Positions 1-14,061 of a stretch of 64,000 nt of DNA are shown here, in pieces. Position numbers and translations under genes: made by a program. The notes below the pieces were generated by a model. The model was not told the DNA's origin, made no database searches, and saw nothing but the letters and a program-made list of their open reading frames with translations. Every line of letters starts with the position of its first letter. Positions within the stretch are counted from its first letter, which is position 1. This DNA comes from the human T2T-CHM13v2.0 reference genome, Homo sapiens, in NCBI RefSeq assembly GCF_009914755.1, contig NC_060929.1, one strand, 5' to 3'.

Positions 1-1543
1 AACTCATTTCAGCATTAACTCAAAAGTTCACAGTCCAAACTCTCATCTGAGAAAAGGTAAGTCCCATACATGTATGAGTCAGCAAAATCAAAAACAAGTT
101 AGTTACTTTTAAGATCCAATGGGGTTACAGGCATTGGGTAAATGCTCCCATTCCAAATGGAAGAAATTAGTAAAAACAAAGGGGCCACAGGGTCCATGCA
201 AGTCCAAAACACAGCAGGGCAGTCATTAAATCTTACAGCTCCAAAACAATCTTTTTTGTCTTCATGTCTCACATCCAGGCACACTGATGCAAAAGGTGGG
301 ATTCTGAGGTCTTGAGCAGCTCTGCCCCCATGGCTCATCAGGGAACACCCTGCCACTGCTTTCATGGGCTGGTGTTGACTTCTTCTTGACTTATCCAGGC
401 ATGTGGTGCAAGCTGTCAGTGGATCTACCATTCAGGGGTCTGGAGAACAGTGACCCTCTTCTCACAGCTTCACTACGCAGTGCCCCAGTTGGGACTCTGT
501 ATGGGGCCTCCAACCTCACATTTTCCCTCTACACTGCCCTACTAGTGATTCTCTGTGAGGGCTCTGCTCCTGCAACAGACTTCTGCCTGGACATCCAGGT
601 GTCTCCACACATCCTCTGAAACCTAGGTCAAGGTTCCCAAACCTCAACTCTTGCCTTCTGTGTACCTGCATACCCAACACCATGGGGAAGCCACCAAGTC
701 TTGGGGCTTCTTACACCCTATGAAGCAATGGCCTGAGCTGTATGTTGGCCCCTTTTAGCCACAGCTGGAGCTCAAATGACTGAGACACAAGATGCCATGT
801 CCTGAGGCTACAAAAAGCAAACAGGCCCTGAGTCTGGCCCAAGAAACCATTTTTCTCTCCTAGGCCTCCAGGCCTGTGATAGGATGAGCTGCCCTAAAGT
901 TCTCTGACATGGCCTAGAGACATTTTCTCTATTATCTTGGCTATTAGCATTCAGCTCCTCTTTAATTATGCAAATTTCTGCAGCAGGCTTTAATTTCTCC
1001 CCCAAAATTGGGTTTTTCTTTTCTACCACATTGCCTTGCTGCAAATTTTCCAAACTTTTATGCTCTGCTTCCCTTTTAAATGTAAGTTCCAATTTCAGAC
1101 CATCTCTTTCTTCAAGCATATGACTGTATGCATTTAGAAAAAGCCAGGGTCCATCTTGAATGCTTTGCTACTTAGAAATTTCTTCTGCCAGATACCCAAA
1201 ATCATCTCTTTCAAGTTCAAAGTTCTAAAGGTCACTAGGTCAGGGACAAAATGTCTCTAGTCCCTTTGCTAAAGCATAGCAAGAGTCACCTTTACTCCTA
1301 TTCCCAGTAAGTTCCTCATCTCCATTTGAGACCATCTCAGCCTGGACTTTATTGTCCATATCACTATCAGCATTTTGGTCAAAACAAAACGACAAATTTT
1401 TAAGAAGTTCCAAACTTTCCCACATCTTCTTGTCTTCTTCTGAGCCCTCCAAACTGTTCCACCCTCTGTCTGTTACCCAGTTCAGAAGTTGATACTTTCA
1501 AGTATTTTTATAGCAGTGTCCCAATCTCCTGGTACCAATTTTC
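1..1543 (-). mobile_element. MaLR internal region (MST-int/THE1-int type), runs off the left edge
   Basis: Minus strand starts GAAAATTGGTACCAGGAG right after the LTR; decayed MaLR ORF remnants (MEGSEEDKKMWESLELL, MLEERDGLKLELTFKREAEHKSLENLQ). Confidence 0.92.
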
Positions 1544-1915
1544 TGTCTTAATTTTTTTTTCACACTGTTATAAATAACTACATGAGACTGGGTAATTTAT
1601 GAAAAAAAGAACTTTAATTGACTCATAGTTCTGCAGGCTGTGCAGAAATCATGGCTAGGAGGCCTCAGGATACTTACAACCATGGAGGAAGGTAAAAGGG
1701 AATCAAGTACATCTTACAATGGTGGAGTAGGAGAGAGAGAGAGAGAGAAGAATAAAATGCCACACATTTTTAAATTATCAGATCTCATGAGAACTCATTC
1801 ACTATCATGAGAACAGCAAGGGGGAAACCCTCCTTATTATCCAATCACTTCCCACCAGTTCCCTCCTCCAATTTGACATGAGATTAGGGTAGGGACAGAG
1901 ATCCAAACCATACTA
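1544..1915 (-). mobile_element. MaLR 5' LTR, MSTA-like
   Basis: gagactgggtaatttat...ttctgcaggctgtgcagaaatcatggct...agatctcatgagaactc...ccaaaccata; abuts the internal region. Confidence 0.9.
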
Positions 1916-2701
1916 CCTACCCGAGTTTAAATTGTTAGTAGATGACATAGCTGTAGCAAAAATCCACATTCTACTAAGTAACCTCTGTGGTACTACTCTG
2001 GCAAATGGCTTGTATGATCAATTGATGCACATTTTTTTTTATGGATGCTATGATTATAATTCATTTATAGTAAAGCTTTATTATTCTAGGAGCTGCTATT
2101 TAAATTTAAGGTAATTTTACCTCTTTTATAATTATGTGTGGATTGGCTTTTTGCAGGGAAAGACATGTAATCAATTTCATAGGGACAACTAATTGTAATC
2201 ACTTTAAATCTTTCAAATATAAAACAAAGCTTCACAATTTCAGATTTGCTGACCCATTAAATAAACATTTTATAAAGGTTGATTTTTGTCTCTGAAAAAA
2301 CTGAACATTACCTTTCCAAATATTAAAATGTGAAGAAAATATTAATGGACTGAAAATAGGTTAGCTTCTTCCAGGCTACCAATTTTCTTCAATTGCAATA
2401 TTTTAACAGCTTTTTATTTTCTATTTTAGTACCCATTCTTGACACCTTCAAAATGATCACCCATGTTGCAAAATGTCTAGAAATGAAAATCATAGAATGT
2501 CACGTCGCATCTTAAAACTTTCTCAATTATTTTTTAAGAAAAAAAAATCCATTATTCTTAAAATGATCTAAAACATCTTGCTTCATCTAGCTCCTCACTA
2601 CATCTCACCATGTGCCACAATCCCCTTAATTCTTATGTTTTTCTATTCAGGTTCTCAAACATAGGTTTTCTCCTGACTCAGAGACATAGTTATATTCCCG
2701 C

Positions 2702-2977
<276 letters not shown>

Positions 2978-3654
2978 AGTTATATTCTCTTGTCTGCAAT
3001 ATTATAAACTCAAATATAGTCTAAATAAGTTAAAATTCTTCTTCATATCTGTTATTAAACATGACTTCCTCTGCAAATTCTTTAGAGATATGTAGCATTG
3101 ACTTAACTCTTTTTGCTTTTTATACTGCTATATAATTATATACCTTGTAATCAACATTTACTCTGTTTTTATATATGTATAACTGCTTTTGCTTTTGATT
3201 TTTGTATTTACCTTTAGGCTAAATATTTTCTTTAAAAAGATACATTGTCTAGTACATTATTCCCAACAGCCACCATATTGCCCGGCATAATGCATTTTGC
3301 TGAACTAAATAGTTCTTCTATTCAAAAGAATAGTGGGCTCAGGATCACTGAGTAGCTGGAGTTGTCACCCTAGATGACATGACCATGGTATTTTAAAATA
3401 TTGAAAACTGTCTTTGTATGTGTATGAGGGAGGTTGCTCTATTTTACATTCTATCAAACACTATATTCATACTAAATTATTGAAATGTTTCCTAAATTGA
3501 TTGAGTTTTAGTATCTTCTTAAATCTCTTTACAGAAATATTCTATACAGGATCTGGGAAATGGAGAACTCAATGAAATAGAAACAACAACAAAAACAAAC
3601 CAAAAAACAAATTTTACTGTGTTCTCCAGAACTTTTTTAAAAAGGGCTTTCATA

Positions 3655-3947
3655 GGTCCTGGTGAGGTGACTCACACCTGTAACCCCAGCACTTTGGGAG
3701 GCAGAGGCAGATGGATCACTTGAGGTCAGGAATTCAAGACCAGCCTGGCCAACATAGTGAAACCCTGTCTCTACTAAAAATATAAAAACTAGCCAGGTGT
3801 GGTGGCATACACCTGTGATCCCAGCTACTTGGAAGTCTGAGGCAGAAGACTCACTTGAACCCAGGAGGTAGGGGCCTCAGTGAGCTGAGATCACACCACT
3901 GTACTCCAGCCTGGATGACAGAGCAAGACTCTGTCTCAAACAAAAGG
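3655..3947 (+). mobile_element. AluS (Sx/Sz-like)
   Basis: Dimeric Alu; TSD aggg(c/t)tttcatag at 3643-3655 and 3948-3960. Confidence 0.95.
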
Positions 3948-4169
3948 AGGGTTTTCATAGAATTTCATCAGTATCTTTACTGATATTAATTGGGGTAACT
4001 CAAAACAATAAAATATGGTTGACAGACCTTGATATTACTCCTGTCTGAGCCAGTTTATGTGCATAAAAACATAATGATAACATAAATATCCAACATTCAG
4101 CTATGTAAGAAATGTGCAGGTGGGATAGGGAGTTAAAAATCAGAAATAAGCATAGGTAGACATAGATAG

Positions 4170-4919
4170 TGAGGACTAAACTCTGATTTTTTTATCTTGC
4201 CCAAGCTCCTACCTAAGGGGCCTACGGAATCATGCCCTGCAAACCATAAATTCTCATCAGGTGGGTTTTATTTGACCCTATCATGACTTACTTTTCAATC
4301 TAACTCTAGCATAACATTATGACAGAAGAAAAAAATATTTAACTTCAAAATATTTTCTTTTGCCATACCTTTAAATTGCCTTGCAAAGTATCTTGTGGGA
4401 AATATCCATATTCTACAGAGAATCTTCTTTCCCCTTTGTTTTCCTTCCTTTCTTTGCAGTTCCAGAAGATAACCAACTAAGAGCCAGGCACCCATTTAGG
4501 TCTGATAAGAAACATTTTACAACCTGCCCTCTCTCTAAAGTCTGGTATCTGAGAGGCTGCTCTGCACAATAAAACTTTGTCTCCACAATTCTTTACCTTA
4601 ACCTAAACATTCCTTTCCATTGATCCTAGGTCTTCAGATAAACTCAACCAATTGTCAACCAGAAAGTCTTTAAATTGATCTATAGCCTGGAAGCCCCCAC
4701 TTTGAGTTGTCCCGCCTTTCCGAACAAAACTAATGGTTTTCTTAAATGTATTTCATTGATGTCTCATGCCTCTCTAAAATATATAAAACCAAGCTATACC
4801 CCCACCTTGGGCAAATGTTGTCAAGGACCTCCCGAGAGCTGTGTCACAGGCCACGGATATATTTGGCTCTGAATAAATCTCTTCAAATATTTTACAGAGT
4901 TTGACTCTTTTCATCGAGA
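4170..4919 (+). mobile_element. MER4-type 5' LTR
   Basis: TGAGGACTAAACTCTGATTTT...tataaaaccaagct...aataaatctc...gagtttgactcttttcatcgaga. Confidence 0.93.
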
Positions 4920-4925
4920 ATAATC

Positions 4926-4946
4926 TGGCGCCCAAACACATGGAGC
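4926..4946 (+). promoter_or_regulatory. Primer-binding site, tRNA-Lys-like, degenerate
   Basis: TGGCGCCCAAACACATGGAGC versus Lys(CUU) PBS TGGCGCCCAACGTGGGGC; 6 nt after the LTR end. Confidence 0.6.
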
Positions 4947-6223
4947 CTCAGAGAAGAATCAGGACCCCAGAGGAGTTGCTTGAAATGGGAGCTAAGGTAC
5001 TAGCAGGGGCCCAATGAAGGCCAACCGAGTTCAAGCTTCTCCTCCAGTGAAAATGGTTAGTCCTCTTGAACCCTGGACTTCCCTTTGGTTGACAGTCCTT
5101 GGTTTATTCTAAGCTTTTTTTTTTTTTCCTGGGAAGGTGTTGTTTAAGGATCCTAATTCAAGTTCAGAGATGCATTTCTAAAGAGTCTTCTCAATTGCTT
5201 TTCTCTCGGAATTAACTAAGAATAAAGAGAAAACCAGGAGAATGACCCCCCTTTAGAGCACTCTGTAAGTTTAATGGCACCTCTACTTGAAGTAATATGG
5301 TCTTTGTGCACAGTTTACATTAAGGCCAAAGAGTCCTAAGGTCGACCTGGAAACTATAGAGTTTCTAAGTTCTCATTCTCTATTTTCTTTCCTGCATGCT
5401 TTAAAACTGCTATTACTTTTCTACTGAGATAAAAACCACTGTTCGGAACTAACAGTGTTTTTTGAAACCTGGCAAAGTTGAATATATCTCATGGCTAAAG
5501 TACTGAAGTAATAGCTATGGGAAGTTTCTGTTTGTATGTGTGTGTATGTATTTAAAGACCTTTATAATAGACTTCTATAATGTTATGTTCAATTGGCAAT
5601 TGAATCTATTTTAATTTCCCTCTAGCACACCAGACTTTCTCCCCATACCTTATGATGTAAATTCTGCTCTCTGATCTTCACCTGAGTTGTTTCCTTTAAT
5701 ATGCAAATTTAGGGCTACTTAGCTGACAACTGCCTAGGGTGATGTAACATATTATCAAGAACTTCCAAAATAGAAAATAAGTGGGAAAAGGAAGTCTTTC
5801 ATGAATCTATAAAATACTTCTATCAGCATGCTTAAATACGTCTATTTATTTATGTCTGTGTACACAATATTTTCACTACTAAAAATATATGAAGAGCTCT
5901 AATTAATTGGCTTTAAAAAAAGAAAAACTAGTCAAATGATTTTTCAAGTTCACGTGACTTAAGTGAAATCTTTACTAAATAAGCAGGCTTTAAAATTATT
6001 AGTAAGATAATATCAGCAATGTCTTCAGAATGTTAGCATTTTGTTTGCATCTATTGATCAAGTGGTTCCCTGTTTATTTCTGCAAAATACTATAAGATTT
6101 GCCATAAGGGTTATAAGCTATAAAACCCAGCCCAAGACACAATAATCTTTGCTTGTATATGCTTATGAAATATTGTTGGCTTAAATGAAAACAGCTAAAT
6201 GCTGAATTATTGGTATAAATACC

Positions 6224-6811
6224 TGAGATGAGAAGTCTTCTCCCTATCAAAGGTCTTTTCTCAATTGAAGGGATCGTGGCCTCACAGGCTTCAAGGAATG
6301 AATCCGTGGACCGCGGTGGTGAGTGTTACAGCTTGACTGGAGAAACGCGTGTACCCAACGAGTGTGCAGTGGCAAGATTAAAGTGAAAGCGAAAGTAAAG
6401 CGAAAGCGAAAGTGAAAGTAAAAGTAAAGTTTCCACTTGGAACGGGACCTAGAAGGGTTGCTGTTTCTGGCTTGGGTGTCTTATGCTTATATCCCCTTAT
6501 GACCTTTCCTTTTTTCCTTTTTCTGTCCTATAGAATTAGCTTATTTTCAGTCCGCTTGTGGGTTTGCGGGCCTGATTAGTTAAAAACGTCAGGCTGCAGC
6601 TAGAGCTTAAACTCCCTGTATGATTGGTTGAAGTTTCAATCCACAGCTTGCATCTGTGACTCATTTTGGCTTAGGGGAAAGTCCTTTTTGATTGGTTGAA
6701 GTTTCAATCCCTTAGCTTGCAGCTATGACTTATTTTGGCTTATGGGAAAGCCCCTTCGGTAAGTCCATATTGACCCAGGAAGTCCAGCCAACTTAGCCAC
6801 TTAGTCCCTCA
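6224..6811 (-). mobile_element. Solo ERV1 LTR with ERV9/LTR12-like U5; exact family not identified
   Basis: TG...CA termini, 4-bp TSD TACC (6220-6223/6812-6815), gaatgaatccgtggacc...gtgagtgttacagct motif shared with the LTR12 at 50949. Confidence 0.88.
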
Positions 6812-6890
6812 TACCCTTAAAACTAACCAACCGTAAGTTTTTTTACTTAAGTAAATACCTGAAATTCACAGCTACAAAAATGGTTAGTAG

Positions 6891-7165
<275 letters not shown>

Positions 7166-7349
7166 TTTTTTAATAAATAATCTAGGTAAAGTATAAAATT
7201 CAATCAGGTAAATGTAATGGAATAAATGCTTGTAAACTAACTTGTCCTAGTTTAGGATCTAAGGTTATTAATTGACATTAAGTATCTGGGCAATTTCCAA
7301 TTTAAGAATTATAGAAAAACATTTTTTAATGTTCCTAATGGTAAAATAT

Positions 7350-7963
7350 TGTTAAAAACAGTGTTTTTAGGCAGATAGGAAAAGGGGTTTGGAAAGTTTT
7401 TGTTTCATTTAAAGTAGCTCCAGAAATGTTTCTTGTCTATCAGGAAAGCCCTGGCTCTTAGAGCCAGGCCAGCAAGCTTTGATATGCAAATTCAAGTCAT
7501 TAGAAACTGGGTCCACCCGAACATAGCTATTCCCGCTGTCTTTTCCTTGTTCACACATGTGCCTGGCAACATGGCCACCCCCACATATCCCCATGTGTGT
7601 AGAACATCACAGCGCCCTGTATTTGCATATTAAAAGGCTAAGGTGAGAGGGCCAGTTTTTTCACGGGCTACATGAATGACATGCCTGATCAAACCAATCC
7701 CCTGAGCCCTATGCAAATCAAACACTACCTCCTCCAGCCTCCACATATAAGCAGCCACTTTTCCACCCCACACAGGTTTTTCTCTCTATTCGAATCCACC
7801 CTCCCTTTGTTTCTGTACAGGGGAGCTGTTTTCTTCTTCCGTCCTTTCTTGCCTATTAAACTTTTTGCTCCTTAAAACCATTCCACGTGTGTCTGTGCCC
7901 TTTTATCCAAACTGGTGCAAGACCAAGAACCCAGGTGTTCCTCTACTCGTTGGAGCTGTATCA
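7350..7963 (+). mobile_element. Solo ERV1 LTR, LTR9B-like
   Basis: TG...CA, TSD ATAT (7346-7349/7964-7967), CCAAT 7694, catataag TATA-like, attaaa poly(A) signal, three octamers. Confidence 0.85.
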
Positions 7964-10900
7964 ATATCTTTGTCTAATTCAAAGCTTATTTAAGTGTTAT
8001 ATATGAAACAAGGTAAAATAAATCAGTAAATAAGAGAGATATAAAGAAAGTTATAAAAATAAAGAGGTATTTTTGGTAAAAAAAAAAAAACAAAAGGCTT
8101 AAAGAAAAGTAATTTTATATAAGAAAGAATCTTGTGTGGTAAATTTTTGTCCTAAGATTAAAAAAATGACAGAGTTATACAAAAAGAAGGGATATTTTAA
8201 ACAAAACAGTATAAACATGTTGTGAATGAACTATGTAAGTCATAGTAAGGTCAGTAAGAAGGAATTTTTAAGAGGGATTGCATAACTCAGTTGGCTATGA
8301 TTAAGAAGATATTATAATAGTCTTTCTAGAAATGGGTCTTTGATATTAAAAATACACAAATACTAAACTAAAAAATTAGTTAAAACAAGATTTTTATTAC
8401 AAATATTTAACTTTTAATGCAAAATTTTTAAATTTTTGTATTCTATAATCTGTTTTATTTAACATTCTTCAGATTGATATCTTCAGATTGATATCGAAAA
8501 GGCCTTGAATGATGGCTCTCTCCTTCATATTTTGTTGCCTCCTGTAACTTTTACTAATTATCTAAAGTAGGTGAGAAAATGTTTGAAAACAGGCAAATAA
8601 AATACCTTTTGGACCTGTCTTTTTTTCTACATGCCTGTTATATCTCTATCTTTATATGTGTTATGTAGAAATGATATTTTATTAAAAAACTACATGAAAA
8701 ACTATTAATTAGCTTAATAAATGTAAATGCTTATCAAATTGGCAAACACTAGCTCAGATGTCTTTTAATTCACATGACCTTGGTAATCTTTGGTAAAAAT
8801 AAATTTGGTAAATTTAATCTCAAAACTCTCTCCAGTAATTTAATACCTTAAAGTCATGTTAAAACCTCAGTTCCGTGACCCCCTCCAATGGAAATTTGGG
8901 TAACTAAAAGTTAAAATAATAGGAGCATAAAGTACACTTTGGGTAAAATTTTATAAAACACATGGATGTCAATTTTCAAAAAAAAAATGTAAGGGTTTTG
9001 GTTAAGGAACTATTTAAGAGTTGCTTTATAATGAAGGAAATTATACAGATAAAACTAAATGAAAAAAAAAGAAATCTAGGGCAAAAAAACTCTGAGCCCT
9101 ATGGTTACCAAGAAAATAGTTGATATGGGGGAATGGCAAAATCAAGTAACTATTTAAAACCAAAGGGTGTAATGTAAAGGAATTGTTCCATTTTGTAAAT
9201 TGGTTTCATTCAGCTTTGAAAAACAATAACTACAACAACACCCAAAAATCAGAAAAAACCTTTACTATAGTGGATTTTGGATTGTAAAAATAACCACTTT
9301 AAGGGCAAAATTCTTAATTTTAAATGCTATAGAATTTAGAGCTTGTTTGGATTAATGCAGGACCCACAGCTCATTCATGAACAATGACTGAGTATATGTG
9401 ATCCAAATGCACAGGGTGTTATCCTGAGAAAGCAATCAGCCTTGTGGGCCAGATAAATCCATTATAAGATCTGTCTTTCCCAGAGAAGGGGACTGCCCAA
9501 CCCTCCCTATAAAATACCAAGTGAAGTGCCCCAGATGAAGCAGTTGATATGTTTCATATGCAAGCCATGTTGGACTAGGCTTTATGATAACTGGAATATC
9601 TTCCCAACAAATATGTCTATTACCCAGGACATGGTAAATTTGGGGATTAAGAGGGCCCTTTTACATGGGTGCCCATCCCACAGAATCACAGGTCTGTGTA
9701 AGAAGACTTATCTAATCTGCTTTCCTTCATAGGTCTTACAGATGCAACTCCCTGCTGGGAACCCAAACCCGTTTCACCAGAAAAGGTAAAAATGGTCTGG
9801 GGGTAAAAAAGGCTTCCTGGGACCAGAACATAAAACAATACAAGATAATAGAATTATAAAATGTAAGATGTTTAACAAGCTTTATATAAGGTAATTGTAG
9901 CCCCTTTTATCTAAATGTCTTATGAAAATGGGTACTATATCTAACTGGGGGATGTTTTCCCCTTTCTAGTACTATAAAACTAAAGACATTTACATCTGCT
10001 CATGTAAATCCTCCACTGCATAGCCTTTTGTGTGGAGCATTTATGGAGGTGATGGCAAAACTGTGAGTACTTTTCAATAACAACGACTGAGCTAGAGAAT
10101 TTCTACTTGACGGGACATTTACTCCCTTGCTACAGAATATTAACTGAAGCTACCCCTATACTGATGGAAATAATGTTTCCCAAAAAGTTCCATGATGAAA
10201 TAAAATTGATTTACATAAAATATTGCTACCTTATAAGCAGAGAGCATTTTTTCTAGGACTAATGGGGAAAAGCTGCTAAATTCTGTAGCGTCTAATAACT
10301 CTTACGAGCTGTTTGGTTTATAAGTACCATTTCCAAAGTAAACAAACATCTTGTCTTAAAAGCTGCTACTCTGATTAAAGGGGGGTCATAAAAATCTTTT
10401 TCGTTATTTGGGTAAAGTATGTTTATGTAAGCAAATTTACCTTTCTGAGTCCTCCAAAATTCAGATTGTAATTTTATGTAATATAGTTGTCTGCATAACT
10501 ATATGTAATATAGTTGTCTGCATAAGTTCAATAATTTTTTTTAACAATTGGAGACATTGTTTATTTTTCCAAAACAGAAACTAAAATAGCTTATTTTTAG
10601 GTAAATTTCAGCAAAACCAACTTTAAAGGAGTCTATATGGCAAGTCAATTATTTGCTGCATTTTATGCAAATAATCAGGCAAGCATAAGCCTAAAACTAA
10701 ATTTGCACACAAATTGTTCTTCCTATAATATTCTCTTTAATAAAAAATGCAGCTAAAAAATTGTTTCAAGGGTAAAACGTAACATTTAATAATAGATTTT
10801 AGGCCTAACTTTTTGAGTAGAGTAAATCATTATTTCTTGGCTACAATAATCCTCTAGAAAGTACCAGATTTTAATTTTTCCTCATGTTTTTAGTTGGTGC

Positions 10901-12573
10901 CCTAATAGAGTAGGTTCCTTTTTCTCTTCTGACATACAAATTACTCTTAAAATTATCAAACGATGATTGTTATTTATCTTTTTGTTTTACTTCCAAGGAA
11001 ACAAAAATCATAGTATTCTGAAAACCAGAGACACAAATCTCCCTCATTTGGCATCCCACTGGGCCCAGATCCGTTTCACTGCTAATGCTCTGCTGTTAGA
11101 ACTATACAAGCTACCTCCCTCTAGGCCCAGGGACTATTGCAGAAGAGGTGGGCGTGTAAGATTGTAAGGGCTGGTGTTGAGGGATAAGCTTAGGACAAGA
11201 TCAAACCCTCCAAATCAAGAAATGGGTACAAAAAATGCCTAAACAGCTGGCAAAACAAGGTTAGTTGTCTTCTAAACTACAATGTGTCACTTTTACATCC
11301 ACCCCAACCATGAAAATTTTTGGCTTACTATAAAATTAAAGGAAAATATGTACTAACAGCATAAAATACCTTGTAACAAAGCCTCTTGGGATAATACTGC
11401 CAATTATGAGTTGTGAAGATAAATCTATCTAGGTATATATGTTTTTTTTTTATTTTTCAAAACAATGTTTCTGTTTTGTATAGCTAACTGTAAGTCTATA
11501 ACAAAAACCAAGCTCACAGCAGCTCAACACATAGAAGTTAAAAAGAAGTCAGTCTTGTAACTTTTCCTTTTGGTTTTTCTGTCAGTCTTTTTACTTAAAA
11601 TAATAATTTTAAGAAGTAACAAATGCCTGTCCACATCCATTCCTATCTGGCCTAGAACAATTAATTGGCTATAAGTCTTTTGACACTTAAGGCCCACAGC
11701 CATAGGGAATCCTGCCAAAGAAAAAATGACACTGTAGAATTATATGACTTTTAATGTGACAAAACCTTTTCTCTCCCAAATACCAGTATATGGTGCAATA
11801 CAACAGTCAGGGGAAAATAGATTTGTCTACTGTTAACAAGTCTATAAAAATTGAGACACTGAGGACAAGGTGTTTCTTGCTTTTAATTTATACTTTCCTC
11901 AGGATGCTATACTTATGGAGATAAATTGGCTGGAAAGGAAATTAACTTTTTAAAATTCTAATTTAACATTGTTCTTACAATTCTCAAGTAAGTTTTATCA
12001 CAACATCCAAATAACCCTTGATAAGGAGGGTAAGCATATTGTGAGTCTTATCAAAGAGTATGATGACACATGCCTCGGGTTTATGGCTGCTTAAGTTGTT
12101 TACTGCCTTCTGACTCTACCTATTACCTTCTTGGATGCCTAATCCTTGCTATCTTTATGGTATTTGTCAGTGTATTAGCATTATATATCTCTTATAAATG
12201 TTATGCCAGATAGAGCAGAAGGAAAGGCAAAATTAAAGACCTAGATCATGACAGCTCAGAAAATAGATCTGATCCAGGATTTTTTTTTTTTTTTTTTAGA
12301 CTAAACCCTAGGCCTGACTCCATCTAACCCATTAAACAATTGGCTATTACATCAGTTCAAACCATGTCCTCCCCCAAGTATCCAAATCACTAATATTTAA
12401 AACTATTACCATCAACCAGGCTACTCTAAGAATGAGCCTTCCTAGCACCATAGGACCTCACCAAATGGCCAGATCAGACAACTCTAGGAATGACCCTTCC
12501 TAGTGCCATGGGATCTGATGTTGTTGGCCTGCATACACATTCTGTGGGATGCTTTTTGGCCATGAGTGGGGAC

Positions 12574-13324
12574 TGAGGACTCAGCTCTGATTTTTTTATC
12601 TTGCCCAAATTCCTACCTAAGGGATCTAGAGATTCATCCCCTACAAACCATAAATTCTCATCAGATGAGTTGTATTTGAGCCTATGTATCGTGACTTACT
12701 TTTCAATCTGACTCTGGCATAACATTATGAGACAAGGAAAAAATATTTAACCTCACAATATATTTCCTTGCCATACCTTGACATTGCCCTGCAAAGTTTC
12801 TTTTGGGAAAAATCCACATTTTATAGAGAATCTCCTTCTCCTTTTGTTTTCCTTCCTTTCTTTACAGATCCAGTAGGTAATCAACTAAGAGCCAGGTACC
12901 CTTTTAGGTCTAATAAGAAACATTTTACACCCTATTCTGTCTCTAAAGTCTGCTGAGAGATTCCTCTGCACAACAAAACTTGGTCTCCACAATCCTTTAC
13001 CTTAACCCAAACATTCCTTTCAATTGATTCCATGTCTTCAGATAAACTCAACCAATTGTCAATCAGAAAATATTTAAATTCACCTATAGCCTGGAAGCCC
13101 CCCTGCTTTGAGTTGTCCCACCTTTCTGAACCAAATCAATGTTTTTCTTAAATGTACTTGATTGATGTCTCCCTAAAATCTATAAAACCAAGCTGTACCC
13201 TGACCACCTTGGGCACATGTTCTCAGAAGCTCCTGAGGGCTGTCTCATGGGTCATGGTCACTCTTATTTGGTTCAGAATAAATCTCTTTAAATATTTTAC
13301 AGAGTTTGACTCTTTTAATCGACA
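12574..13324 (+). mobile_element. MER4-type 3' LTR
   Basis: Direct repeat of 4170-4919 (about 15 differences in the first ~110 bp by eye), ends tcgaca. Confidence 0.93.
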
Positions 13325-13865
13325 AGAACTAAATTTAAACTCATTACGTGTGGGAGCCAGTCCAAGACTTAATTCTTAGTTCATCCATGTAAGTATTATA
13401 AGACTTTTACAACTGCTAGTTTTAGAGCTAATTTATTTTGAGAAAACAGCAAAGAATTACCATGTAGAGGTGAAAATAAATCTAAGAAAAAACACAGATT
13501 TGGAAATTACAGGGGATAAAAAAGAGCCTGCATTTGAAGTAGAATAATAAAATGCTTGAAAAATAAAGAGCTGTAGAAGGAAGAGAGGAAGCTGATGTTT
13601 AAGTTCTCTGTTTTAAATGTTTAAATGATATACTTTAAAAAGGGCTAGGCTCAGATAGAAACATTATTGTGCAAAAAGTTTTCATTAATCTGACATTCTT
13701 CCTCCTCAGATCTTGGACCCTGATTGTAGAAAAATACATAATTATACTGACTACTTTTATTTTAAATTTGACCGCAAATCCACTAAGCTCTCAATGCTAA
13801 CTTACTACGTTTCCTTTGTCTACTAATCTTCTGCTCTCCTATATCACTCTTTTATACTCTCATAC

Positions 13866-13960
13866 TTTTTTCTTTCTTTCTTCTTTCCTTCCTTTCTTTC
13901 CTTCTTTCCTTCCTTTCTTTCCTTTCTTTCTCTTCTCCTTTCTTTCTCTTTCTTGCTTTT

Positions 13961-14008
<48 letters not shown>

Positions 14009-14058
14009 TCCTTCTTTCTTTTCTTTCTTTCTGTCTCTTTCTCTCTTCCTTTCTCTAT
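13866..14058 (+). repeat. (CTTT)n/(CCTT)n polypyrimidine microsatellite
   Basis: About 190 bp almost purely C/T with a perfect CTTT core near 13962-14009. Confidence 0.97.
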
Positions 14059-14061
14059 CTA

